In this document: positions 7,140 through 14,451 of the stretch, in pieces | How the letters are laid out: the number at the start of each line of letters is the position of its first letter | Numbering within the stretch: the first letter of the stretch is position 1 | IMG/VR virus record: IMGVR_UViG_2695420380_000016 | Source of the DNA: a virus | Taxonomy: Duplodnaviria > Heunggongvirae > Uroviricota > Caudoviricetes | Direction: 5' to 3' (one strand) | DNA: 19,685 bases | The notes under the pieces: model-generated | What the model was told of the DNA's origin: nothing | The model's database searches: none | The model's input: the letters and a program-made list of their open reading frames with translations, nothing else | Made by a program: the position numbers and the translations under genes

Positions 7140-8077
7140 CCCCTGAATCCTGCCGGGATCTGGCTGTAGTCCACATTGTCGTAACTGGCTTTGAAGTACG
7201 GGTCTTCGCGTTTTTCTGTGTACGTGCTGATGGACGGCGATAAGCGCAGGGAAAGCTCATCCCATTTTTCCCGCAGCTTCGACGGGCTGAGCACGTTACG
7301 GCACCAGAACGGATCGCGGCTGATGCGGCTGTACATCTCGCAGATTTGTTTGTGAGTACGACCATCCTGCACACACATCAGGCGAATTTCGTTTGCCCAG
7401 GCTGTCCAGTTCGGTTCTTTGGGACGAACCACCTCGCCGTCACATTCGGCGGCCTGCTCGTACAGGGCGATGATTTTTTTCCAGAGCCACTGTGCGCAGG
7501 TCAAATCATCCTGCGTTCCCCACTGGCACTTTTTAGGGCTGAATACAACCGCATCAGGATGGCGAGTTAAAAAATCCTGTTCAGCCGTCTGCGTGTCCGG
7601 TTGCGAAACGTCCGGACGAGAAGGTTTTTTATCTGACGGATCATATTTTGATTTTACTGACGGATCCCCGCCAGATTCTGACGGGTGAAAACCCGCTTTT
7701 TTGCCAGATTTCGACGCATCAAATTTTGACGGGTCAGATTTTGATGCGTCAGATTTTGACGGGTCAGAATCTGACAGTTGAGAAAATGCCGCGGCCTGAA
7801 GCTTCGCAACGTTAAGCTGATAAACATTCGACGCATTACGGTTACCCTGGCGACGCGCCTTACGCGTTAACCAGCCTTCTGCTTCCAGCCGTGCAATAGC
7901 CGTTCTGACGGTACTCATCCCCGCGCCAATCTGGCGGGCAATGGTTTCAATCGATGGCCAGCACACACCTTCGTCATTACTGAAATCAGCCAGGCGGGCC
8001 ATAATTGCCACACTGGATAATTTCATGCCTGACGCTGCGCAACCATCCCATACATAGCCGGTTAATTTAGTGCTCAT
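7136..8077 (-). CDS. replication initiator / replisome organiser, O-like (N-terminal winged HTH, repeat linker, C-terminal domain)
   Basis: 313 aa. N-terminus has an HTH (SIETIARQIGAGMSTVRTAIARLEAEGWLTRK). The central linker SDSDPSKSDASKSDPSKFDASKSG is encoded by direct DNA repeats, as in lambda O where ori iterons lie inside the gene. SD AGAGG upstream of the ATG at 8077. Confidence 0.65.
   Translation of the reverse strand: MSTKLTGYVWDGCAASGMKLSSVAIMARLADFSNDEGVCWPSIETIARQIGAGMSTVRTAIARLEAEGWLTRKARRQGNRNASNVYQLNVAKLQAAAFSQLSDSDPSKSDASKSDPSKFDASKSGKKAGFHPSESGGDPSVKSKYDPSDKKPSRPDVSQPDTQTAEQDFLTRHPDAVVFSPKKCQWGTQDDLTCAQWLWKKIIALYEQAAECDGEVVRPKEPNWTAWANEIRLMCVQDGRTHKQICEMYSRISRDPFWCRNVLSPSKLREKWDELSLRLSPSISTYTEKREDPYFKASYDNVDYSQIPAGFRG
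7630..7780. repeat. iteron-like direct repeats (candidate ori) inside the O-like gene
   Basis: About eight imperfect copies of a TGACGG(A/G)TC core (ctgacggatc, actgacggatc, tctgacgggtg, ttcgacgcatc, tttgacgggtc, ttgatgcgtc, tttgacgggtc, tctgacag). The last four are spaced 15 bp apart. AT-rich stretches flank them. Confidence 0.5.
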
Positions 8078-8086
8078 GACCGACCT

Positions 8087-8425
8087 CTATTTCCCTGAAT
8101 TTACGACGAAACTGTTCGAGCGGGCTGAAGCACTCATGCTCATAGCCTTCGCGGAGGTAGATAACCCGTTGTGTTTCCGGTTCCCAACGAATGACTCTGA
8201 CGGGTACTCCGTAGTGATCTTTGAACCAGCGGTTAACTTGTCGCAAAGGACTGTCTCCTTCTGCCGGTTGAAATCACCCACAGCCCACTCAGCAAAGCTG
8301 TGGGTTACAATTTCCCTGTCACCTGGTACATTTACTGCATAGCAATACTCCACCTTCGCTTTTCCACCCGGTACAGGAAGCGCAATCAGTTGCGAGCGAC
8401 GGTAGTGTGTTGTTAAACTGTTCAT
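8087..8425 (-). CDS. hypothetical protein (early operon, between CII-like and O-like genes)
   Basis: 112-aa ORF with ATGA start overlap with the upstream gene; ends 10 nt before the O-like start. An antisense 90-aa ORF (8070..8342) overlaps it and the C-terminus is low-complexity, so the call is tentative. Confidence 0.4.
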   Translation of the reverse strand: MNSLTTHYRRSQLIALPVPGGKAKVEYCYAVNVPGDREIVTHSFAEWAVGDFNRQKETVLCDKLTAGSKITTEYPSESFVGNRKHNGLSTSAKAMSMSASARSNSFVVNSGK

Positions 8426-9036
8426 GCGTTAGTTTCTCCACAACCAGAAGCAATCGACGCCACGACGCCCGGAGCTGCACACTCGCGGGCGTCATTACTT
8501 TCTGAAACGCAAAAAATTTTGTAGACAAGTGCTGCATGCTCCTGCAGCTTCGAAATTGAGAGGTACAGCTCGTCGTTAATTGCTGTCTTCTCATGCGGTT
8601 CCACTACACCGTCTTCGATTGCCGAACGAATCTGTTTTGAATAACTGCCGATCTGTTCAATGACTTCCAGTAAACGCTGGTTAATATCGGCATTGTCCAC
8701 ATCCTCGACGTCAGGAAGAGACACAAAGACGCCATTTGCAGACTGCGCCACAGCGTCAGCAATGAAGTGAGTGCCACCAGCACGTTGTAAAATCATTGCC
8801 CATCCCAGCGGGAAAATCTGATCGCCATCGGCACGAAGGCGGTTAAATAATGCGTTCTCTGTTACATCCAGCCAGTCAGCTGCTTCAGCGTAACCACCCG
8901 GCAACGCTGCGATAGTTTTTCTGACAGCTTTCACGTACCACTCAGGCTGTTTTTCTACTTTCCAGTGATACTTACCCACGGTTAGCCTCATCGTTCTGTG
9001 GTTTCTGTTAATCGATTTATCCATTAGATTTTTCAT
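8422..9036 (-). CDS. CII-like / CP76-type phage regulatory protein (start uncertain)
   Basis: Positioned immediately after the cro-like gene. Length and position fit lambdoid CII-like/CP76 regulators. Track ORF extends to 9093, overlapping cro by 76 nt; internal Met codons at 9036 and 9024 are more plausible starts. None has a clear SD. Confidence 0.5.
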   Translation of the reverse strand: MKNLMDKSINRNHRTMRLTVGKYHWKVEKQPEWYVKAVRKTIAALPGGYAEAADWLDVTENALFNRLRADGDQIFPLGWAMILQRAGGTHFIADAVAQSANGVFVSLPDVEDVDNADINQRLLEVIEQIGSYSKQIRSAIEDGVVEPHEKTAINDELYLSISKLQEHAALVYKIFCVSESNDARECAAPGVVASIASGCGETNA

Positions 9037-9217
9037 AAAGCTCAGGTTTAAATGGCAACCGTCCGCAAGTTCTATATGCTGCTTCTGCTGCACGTCCTTT
9101 TGGAATTAACTGGCCCGGACGGTTTCGCCACTGATAAACGGCCTCAGTTGTTATGCCGAAAAAAGCAGCAACTTTCTCAATACTGCCGAAGTAGCTTTCG
9201 ATATCGTCAGTTGTCAT
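9017..9217 (-). CDS. Cro-like repressor, DicC type
   Basis: 66 aa: ...[56 protein letters not shown] resembles remembered DicC (YFGS..KLAQAAGI....Y.W......P.GRA). Divergent from the repressor gene. SD GGAGGG upstream. Confidence 0.7.
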   Translation of the reverse strand: MTTDDIESYFGSIEKVAAFFGITTEAVYQWRNRPGQLIPKGRAAEAAYRTCGRLPFKPELYEKSNG

Positions 9218-9315
9218 ACGCCCTCCAAAACTAAGTTTTATTAGATGTTAATTATCAATCTATCTTAGGTCAATAAAAACTAAGATTACTTAGTAATTTA
9301 AGAAATGGTGCTCCT
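9218..9315. promoter_or_regulatory. immunity-region operator/promoter (OR-like; divergent cro-like and cI promoters)
   Basis: 98-bp AT-rich divergent intergenic region. Contains palindrome AAAAC-TAA-GTTTT (9227-9239) and inverted repeat CTAAG-ATTA-CTTAG (9279-9292). Candidate cro promoter on the minus strand: TTGACC-N17-TAACAT. Confidence 0.6.
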
Positions 9316-9942
9316 ATGGAAACGGTTGGTCAGCGTATAAAAGCTCTGAGAAGGGTTACCAGAACGTCCCAGAAAGAATTGGGTAAATTTTGTGGGGTAA
9401 GTGACGTTGCTGTGGGGTACTGGGAAAAAGACATCAATGTCCCTGGCGGGGAAGCACTTTCGAAATTAGCGAAGTTCTTTAATACGTCAATAGATTACAT
9501 TCTTTATGGTGCTGAGTTTGAAGGCAAACTAGTCACAAACATGCGCAGAGTTCCTGTAATTTCGTGGGTTCAGGCTGGGCAGTTTACTGAGTGCAGGGCA
9601 GCAGAAGTGTTTAGTGAAGTGGACAAGTGGGTAGATACATCTTTAAAGATTGGTGATAACTCATTTGCATTAGAAGTTAAAGGCGACTCCATGACTAATC
9701 CTAATGGCCTCCCAACAATACCAGAAGGTGCAACAGTGATTGTAGATCCTGATGCAGAACCTCGTCATGGAAAAATAGTCATTGCTCGACTTGATGGAAC
9801 GAACGAAGCTACAGTAAAAAAATTAGTCATCGATGGTCCTCAAAAGTTTTTAGTGCCATTAAATCCACGGTATCCCAACATCCCAATCAATGGTAATTGC
9901 CTGATCATTGGTGTAGTCAAAGGAGTTCAATACGAACTCTAG
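9316..9942 (+). CDS. CI-type prophage repressor (HTH_XRE N-terminus, S24 LexA-like peptidase C-terminus)
   Basis: 208 aa. N-terminal HTH (QKELGKFCGVSDVAVGYWEKD). Ala-Gly autocleavage site (VQAGQF). Catalytic Ser in GDSM and Lys in TVKKLV, as in lambda CI and LexA. Confidence 0.9.
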   Translation: METVGQRIKALRRVTRTSQKELGKFCGVSDVAVGYWEKDINVPGGEALSKLAKFFNTSIDYILYGAEFEGKLVTNMRRVPVISWVQAGQFTECRAAEVFSEVDKWVDTSLKIGDNSFALEVKGDSMTNPNGLPTIPEGATVIVDPDAEPRHGKIVIARLDGTNEATVKKLVIDGPQKFLVPLNPRYPNIPINGNCLIIGVVKGVQYEL

Positions 9943-9964
9943 TACCTCCCTTCTCTAACCAAGG

Positions 9965-9997
9965 CACCAAACTAAGAAAAGTTTGGTGTTTCCTCTT
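9965..9997 (+). terminator. hairpin downstream of cI (candidate terminator; also carries the operator-like motif)
   Basis: CACCAAAC-taagaaaa-GTTTGGTG followed by TTTCCTCTT. The 8-bp stem contains AAACTAAG. Confidence 0.4.
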
Positions 9998-10105
9998 GCC
10001 TTAAAAACTAAGTTAAGTTAGATTTAATATCAAAGATAACGAACAGGCAGGACGCCCACAAAGTAGCCTCCTGGGGCAAATGAAGTCCAGGATGATTCGT
10101 TAGCA

Positions 10106-10131
10106 ACAAAAAAGCGCCCTATAGGACGCTT
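10106..10131 (-). terminator. intrinsic terminator for the minus-strand 173-aa gene
   Basis: Minus strand reads GCGTCCTATAGGGCGC followed by TTTTTTGTTGC: 6-bp stem with one G-U pair and a U6 tract, about 42 nt after the stop at 10173. Confidence 0.55.
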
Positions 10132-10172
10132 CGATCTTTAACAATCTGGGTATCATCCAACCAATGCAAGAT

Positions 10173-10694
10173 TTAAGGAATCCAAGGCGAATTCAGATCT
10201 CGCCCCGACTCACGTAATGATCTTGGTCGTTCGTACATCGGATTTTTTTCCATAAGAAATTTATTTTCACAGTGAAGGCAACGGCTTGTAAGAAAATGAG
10301 AAGTTTTACCTACTGGAAGCGGATGAAGTATCGATTTTATATTTTTGGAATAACAAAGTGGGCACAGATGCACAGTTATTTCTTTTCCACTCACAATTTC
10401 ATTTTTAGAGTAAACAAAAGCACCAGAGTCAAGCTGATCAAGGACATATCCTTCTACCTTGGCACAAAAATCTTCAAACTCTGCAATTTTTGCTTTGAGA
10501 TGCATCACCTCTTCATCACGAAGGCGGATCGCATCGCCAAGAGAGAAGCATTCTGCCTGAAGCGTGATTAGTTTGTTCTGGAGTTCAATGGTTGCAGCTT
10601 TAACTTCTGCATCCGTTTTCGCGTCATTAATAACCTTAGCAAGACCGGCAGTCTCCTTTATAGCAGCCATAGCCGCAGACAGTTCAGCTATCAC
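10173..10694 (-). CDS. hypothetical coiled-coil / zinc-ribbon protein (moron between cI and the early operon)
   Basis: 173-aa ORF on the strand opposite to both neighbours. Markedly AT-rich compared with flanks (by eye). N-terminal heptad-like helix (ATIELQNKLITLQAECFSLGDAIRLRDEEVMHLKAKIAEFEDF). C-terminal CPLC...CLHC. Own terminator. Start is GTG at 10694 with no clear SD; ATG 10673 is an alternative. Confidence 0.55.
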   Translation of the reverse strand: MIAELSAAMAAIKETAGLAKVINDAKTDAEVKAATIELQNKLITLQAECFSLGDAIRLRDEEVMHLKAKIAEFEDFCAKVEGYVLDQLDSGAFVYSKNEIVSGKEITVHLCPLCYSKNIKSILHPLPVGKTSHFLTSRCLHCENKFLMEKNPMYERPRSLRESGRDLNSPWIP

Positions 10695-10981
10695 GTTGAA
10701 TACTCAGCTAGTTGTTGGGGGTATCCAGATTAACCAAATCCTTGTTGTTGGGGAATAACCAGGTCCACCTCGCCTGATGTGGCTAAAAGCAGGCACATAA
10801 CAGCTAAGTATTTTCAACCAGAGAGAATCCTTAGCGTTGTGGTGAATGCGGCTCAGCGCACGCGGGTTAAGGTTGAGGCTGACAGTCGACCTTCTGTGGA
10901 TACCCACCCGTCTGGTGTACAACCTTCGCCAGGCACCGGGAGGCACCCGGCACCACAACTTTATGCTGTGTGTAGTCTTGG

Positions 10982-11033
10982 CGGTACCAGCTTGTACCCT
11001 TGCTTCCGGCTGGTACCGTACTTTTTACAAAAC
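10982..11033 (+). terminator. strong stem-loop plus T-run in the early-operon leader (terminator and/or 3' end of a small RNA)
   Basis: CGGTACCAGC (10982-10991) pairs perfectly with GCTGGTACCG (11009-11018) around a 17-nt loop, followed by TACTTTTTAC. Confidence 0.4.
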
Positions 11034-11163
11034 AGAGAAGAGCATCATCGGACGACGGGCTCATAACCCAATCCATCCGGGCGGCTGCCACCGCAGGTGT
11101 TCTTCTCTGTTTTGTGGAGAAACCAACCGACCTTGCAGGGTCGATATGATGAGGAGCAGCAAA

Positions 11164-11526
11164 ATGGCTAGCGAACGCAGTACTGATGTGCAGGCATTTA
11201 TCGGGGAGCTGGACGGCGGCGTATTTGAAACCAAAATCGGCGCTGTTCTCAGTGAAGTCGCTTCCGGTGTGATGAACACGAAAACCAAAGGTAAGGTCTC
11301 GCTCAACCTGGAAATCGAACCGTTTGATGAGAACCGTGTGAAAATCAAACACAAACTCTCATATGTTCGCCCGACTAACCGCGGGAAAATTTCCGAAGAA
11401 GACACCACCGAAACGCCGATGTATGTCAATCGCGGTGGTCGCCTGACTATTCTGCAGGAAGACCAGGGACAATTACTGACTCTTGCCGGTGAACCTGACG
11501 GAAAACTCCGCGCAGCAGGTCGTTAA
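11164..11526 (+). CDS. YfdP-like hypothetical protein (120 aa)
   Basis: Internal ATG at 11164 is preceded by GAGGAG at ideal spacing. The upstream in-frame extension of the track ORF (from 10846) has no RBS and lies in stop-poor GC-rich sequence. The 120/274/178/120-aa size series matches remembered CPS-53 YfdP/Q/R/S. Confidence 0.6.
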   Translation: MASERSTDVQAFIGELDGGVFETKIGAVLSEVASGVMNTKTKGKVSLNLEIEPFDENRVKIKHKLSYVRPTNRGKISEEDTTETPMYVNRGGRLTILQEDQGQLLTLAGEPDGKLRAAGR

Positions 11527-11592
11527 TATCGTTTTTAATAAACTAATTATTCATCTTATCACTGAATATCTTTAATATAGTGAGGACTTATT

Positions 11593-12417
11593 ATGTCTCA
11601 GAACTTAGACGCAACCGCAATTAATCAAATCCATGCCCTTATTTCTGCTCAGGGTGTTAATGAAATTATCAGTAAGATTGGTGCCGATGCTGTGGCATTG
11701 CCTGAGAATTTCCGCATTCATGATCTGGAAAAATTTAATTTAAATCGCTTCCGTTTCCGTGGTGCGCTTTCCACTGCCAGCATCGATGACTTTACCCGTT
11801 ATTCTAAAGATCTTGCAGATGAAGGCACCCGCTGCTTTATCGATACCGATAATATGCGAGCCGTCAGTGTGCTTAACCTGGGTACTATTGGTGAACCAGG
11901 TCACGCAGATAACACCGCCACACTCAAACTGAAAAAGACAGCACCGTTCTCTGCTCTGTTGTCTGTTAATGGCGAGCGTAACTCCCAGAAGTCACTGGCA
12001 GAATGGATTGAAGACTGGGCCGACTACCTTGTGGGCTTTGATGCTAATGGTGACGCTATTCAGGCAACAAAAGCGGCTGCGGCGGTCCGTAAAATCACGA
12101 TTGAAGCAAACCAGACCGCTGATTTTGAAGATAATGACTTCAGCGGCAAACGCTCCCTGATGGAGTCTGTCGAAGCGAAGACCAAAGATATTATGCCAGT
12201 GGCATTTGAATTTAAATGCGTTCCGTTTGAAGGTCTGAAAGAACGTCCATTTAAATTACGCCTCAGCATTATCACTGGCGATCGTCCTGTACTGGTTCTG
12301 CGCATTATTCAGCTGGAAGCAGTGCAGGAAGAAATGGCTAACGAATTTCGTGATCTGCTTGTTGAGAAATTCAAAGACAGCAAAGTAGAAACCTTTATTG
12401 GTACTTTCACCGCCTGA
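11593..12417 (+). CDS. YfdQ-like protein (DUF2303-type, 274 aa)
   Basis: 274-aa ORF with SD GAGGA upstream. Size and neighbours match YfdQ. Family name is from memory. Confidence 0.7.
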   Translation: MSQNLDATAINQIHALISAQGVNEIISKIGADAVALPENFRIHDLEKFNLNRFRFRGALSTASIDDFTRYSKDLADEGTRCFIDTDNMRAVSVLNLGTIGEPGHADNTATLKLKKTAPFSALLSVNGERNSQKSLAEWIEDWADYLVGFDANGDAIQATKAAAAVRKITIEANQTADFEDNDFSGKRSLMESVEAKTKDIMPVAFEFKCVPFEGLKERPFKLRLSIITGDRPVLVLRIIQLEAVQEEMANEFRDLLVEKFKDSKVETFIGTFTA

Positions 12418-12429
12418 TTTCATTACTGC

Positions 12430-12451
12430 AAATGCCCCTGCGGGGGCATTT
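12430..12451 (+). terminator. hairpin after the yfdQ-like gene (possible attenuator)
   Basis: AAATGCCCC-tgcg-GGGGCATTT: 9-bp stem with a 4-nt loop and weak downstream T content. Confidence 0.35.
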
Positions 12452-12545
12452 ATGGAAACGTAATTAACTCAATAATCGCCGGATGGTGAGGGTTTCCTTT
12501 TACCCGAATTCAGCGCGGTGCAGCGCATATAACGTGGAGAACAAA

Positions 12546-13082
12546 ATGTCATTTATTAAAACTTTTTCCGGGAAGCATTTTTATTATGACAGGATAAATA
12601 AAGACAACATCGATATTAACGATATCGCGGTTTCCCTTTCAAATATCTGTCGCTTTGCTGGTCATCTTTCACACTTCTACAGCGTTGCCCAACATGCGGT
12701 GCTTTGCAGCCAGCTGGTACCGGAGGAGTTTGCTTTTGAAGCGTTAATGCATGATGCAACAGAAGCGTATTGCCAGGACATCCCCGCACCACTGAAACGC
12801 CTTCTTCCTGACTATAAACGGATGGAAGAAAAAATAGATGCCGTAATCCGTGAGAAATACGGGTTACCCCCAGTTATGAGTACGCCCGTGAAATATGCCG
12901 ATCTTATCATGCTGGCAACCGAACGCCGCGATCTCGGGCTTGATGATGGCTCTTTCTGGCCTGTACTGGAAGGCATCCCGGCAACAGAGATGTTCAACGT
13001 GATTCCACTGGCACCTGGCCATGCCTACGGGATGTTTATGGAACGTTTTAACGAGTTATCGGAGTTACGCAAATGCGCATGA
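12546..13082 (+). CDS. HD-domain phosphohydrolase, YfdR-like (5'-deoxynucleotidase family)
   Basis: 178 aa from the ATG at 12546, preceded by GGAGA. His...His-Asp signature (HLSHFYSVAQHAV...ALMHDATEAY). Track ORF start at 12483 lacks an RBS. Confidence 0.75.
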   Translation: MSFIKTFSGKHFYYDRINKDNIDINDIAVSLSNICRFAGHLSHFYSVAQHAVLCSQLVPEEFAFEALMHDATEAYCQDIPAPLKRLLPDYKRMEEKIDAVIREKYGLPPVMSTPVKYADLIMLATERRDLGLDDGSFWPVLEGIPATEMFNVIPLAPGHAYGMFMERFNELSELRKCA

Positions 13083-13435
13083 ATGTTTTCGAAATGGAAG
13101 GGTTTCTTCGCGGGAAATGTGTACCGCGAGATCTGAAAGTGAACGAAACAAATGCTGAGTACCTGGTACGTAAATTCGACGCGCTTGAAGCTAAATGTGC
13201 GGCACTGGAAAACAAAATAATACCAGTGTCAGCTGAACTGCCACCAGCAAATGAAAGTGTTCTGTTATTTGATGCTAACGGAGAAGGCTGGCTGATTGGC
13301 TGGCGTTCTCTCTGGTACACCTGGGGACAAAAAGAAACCGGAGAATGGCAGTGGACATTTCAGGTCGGGGACCTTGAAAACTTCAATATCACTCACTGGG
13401 CAGTAATGCCCAAAGCGCCGGAGGCTGGAGCATAA
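13073..13435 (+). CDS. DUF551-like protein (YfdS-like)
   Basis: C-terminal ITHWAVMPKAPE resembles the DUF551 signature. Possible starts at 13073 or 13079; the latter overlaps the upstream stop as ATGA. Confidence 0.6.
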   Translation: MRMNVFEMEGFLRGKCVPRDLKVNETNAEYLVRKFDALEAKCAALENKIIPVSAELPPANESVLLFDANGEGWLIGWRSLWYTWGQKETGEWQWTFQVGDLENFNITHWAVMPKAPEAGA

Positions 13436-14055
13436 TGACCACATTTACCAATAAAGAACTGATTAAAGAAATCAAAGAACGAATCAGCAGCCTAGAGGTT
13501 CGAGACGATATTGAGCGCCGTGCTTATGAAATTGCTCTGGCATCGCTGGAAGAGGAGCCGGTGGCATGGCTGCATTCAGACAATGGCTTAGGTATTCCGG
13601 CAATAACCAGGAGCAAAAACATTGCTGACAGTTGGTTATCAATGGGCTGGTATGTTCAGCCGCTATATATAGCCAAGCCAGTACTGGTGGTGCCAGATGC
13701 TCGTCCGTCTTTAAATAATGGCATAGTCGGTTTTGATGAAGGCTGGAACGCCTGCCGCGCCACCATGCTTCATGGTGCCAAACCTGTAAGTCAGACTTAC
13801 AAGTTGAACAAGCTGTCGGGCAACTCTCCGGTAACTCAGGATGGTTGGATAAGCTGTAGTGAGCGAATGCCGAACGATAAACAGTATGTTTGGTGTTGGG
13901 GTAAGTCTTACGGCTGGACTGAGTGCGATACCTTCGAAGGGTATTACGATTGGTCGAGAAACAAATGGTGGGCAGTTACTGACGATGGGGAAGAACCGGC
14001 ATCGAAAGTAACCCACTGGATGCCGCTACCGGAGCCACCGCAGGAGGTGAAGTAA
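13435..14055 (+). CDS. DUF551-domain protein (206 aa)
   Basis: C-terminus ...GWISCSERMPND...VTHWMPLPEPP is the typical DUF551 ending. TAATG overlap with the upstream gene. Confidence 0.65.
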   Translation: MTTFTNKELIKEIKERISSLEVRDDIERRAYEIALASLEEEPVAWLHSDNGLGIPAITRSKNIADSWLSMGWYVQPLYIAKPVLVVPDARPSLNNGIVGFDEGWNACRATMLHGAKPVSQTYKLNKLSGNSPVTQDGWISCSERMPNDKQYVWCWGKSYGWTECDTFEGYYDWSRNKWWAVTDDGEEPASKVTHWMPLPEPPQEVK

Positions 14056-14249
14056 TGAACAACTTAATGACAACTAAACAAGTCGCCGACTTCTGTGGCG
14101 TTTCAGTATCGACCGTTCTTCGCTGGAACAGCGTAAACAGGAGAACTGGCCAGAAATACAGGCCTGACTTTCCAGATCCTGATATTAAATCCTGCCCAAA
14201 TAAATGGGCATCACGCAAGATATACAGGTTTGCTGGAGTTATTGAGTGA
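14055..14249 (+). CDS. AlpA/Xis-family excisionase-like HTH protein
   Basis: 64 aa: TTKQVADFCGVSVSTVLRW...PDFPDPDIK...WASRKIYRFAG has the pattern of AlpA-type excisionases (HTH then FPKP...W). SD AGGAGG upstream. Last gene of the coupled plus-strand operon. Confidence 0.6.
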   Translation: MNNLMTTKQVADFCGVSVSTVLRWNSVNRRTGQKYRPDFPDPDIKSCPNKWASRKIYRFAGVIE

Positions 14250-14284
14250 TGGGTATTAGCTCATATCAGAACTAATACCCATCA
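14247..14284. repeat. perfect 13-bp inverted repeat (hairpin) at the operon end
   Basis: TGATGGGTATTAG (14247-14259), 12-nt loop, CTAATACCCATCA (14272-14284). No U-tract on either strand. A second inverted repeat GACACAG...CTGTGTC lies at 14287-14315. Confidence 0.5.
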
Positions 14285-14451
14285 ATGACACAGAGCCAAC
14301 TACCCACCCTGTGTCAGGGGCTAACTTTTAACACCATAATTCACCGCTAGATAAAAACTGTATTGCATTGCACGAGCGGCGCAGCATTATCAGTTAGAGT
14401 GTCTTTACCTTGTTAGGCTCCACAGTTCGCACTGTCCAACGCCTGTCACTT

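Noticed and set aside
7630-7780. Direct repeats considered as a possible CRISPR array
   Set aside because: Repeats are about 15 bp, imperfect, without unique spacers, and lie inside a coding sequence. They fit iterons, not CRISPR.
10272-10571. 99-aa plus-strand ORF
   Set aside because: Antisense to the 173-aa gene; Phe/Lys-rich product typical of an AT-rich antisense frame.
10846-11163. Arg-rich N-terminal extension of the yfdP-like ORF, considered as a possible N-like antiterminator
   Set aside because: It is in frame with the downstream protein, has no RBS, and the internal ATG at 11164 has a near-ideal GAGGAG. The region is stop-poor because it is GC-rich.
10704-11429. Minus-strand ORFs 10704..10958, 10867..11352 and 11061..11429
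   Set aside because: Antisense to the leader and yfdP-like gene, mutually overlapping, no RBS.
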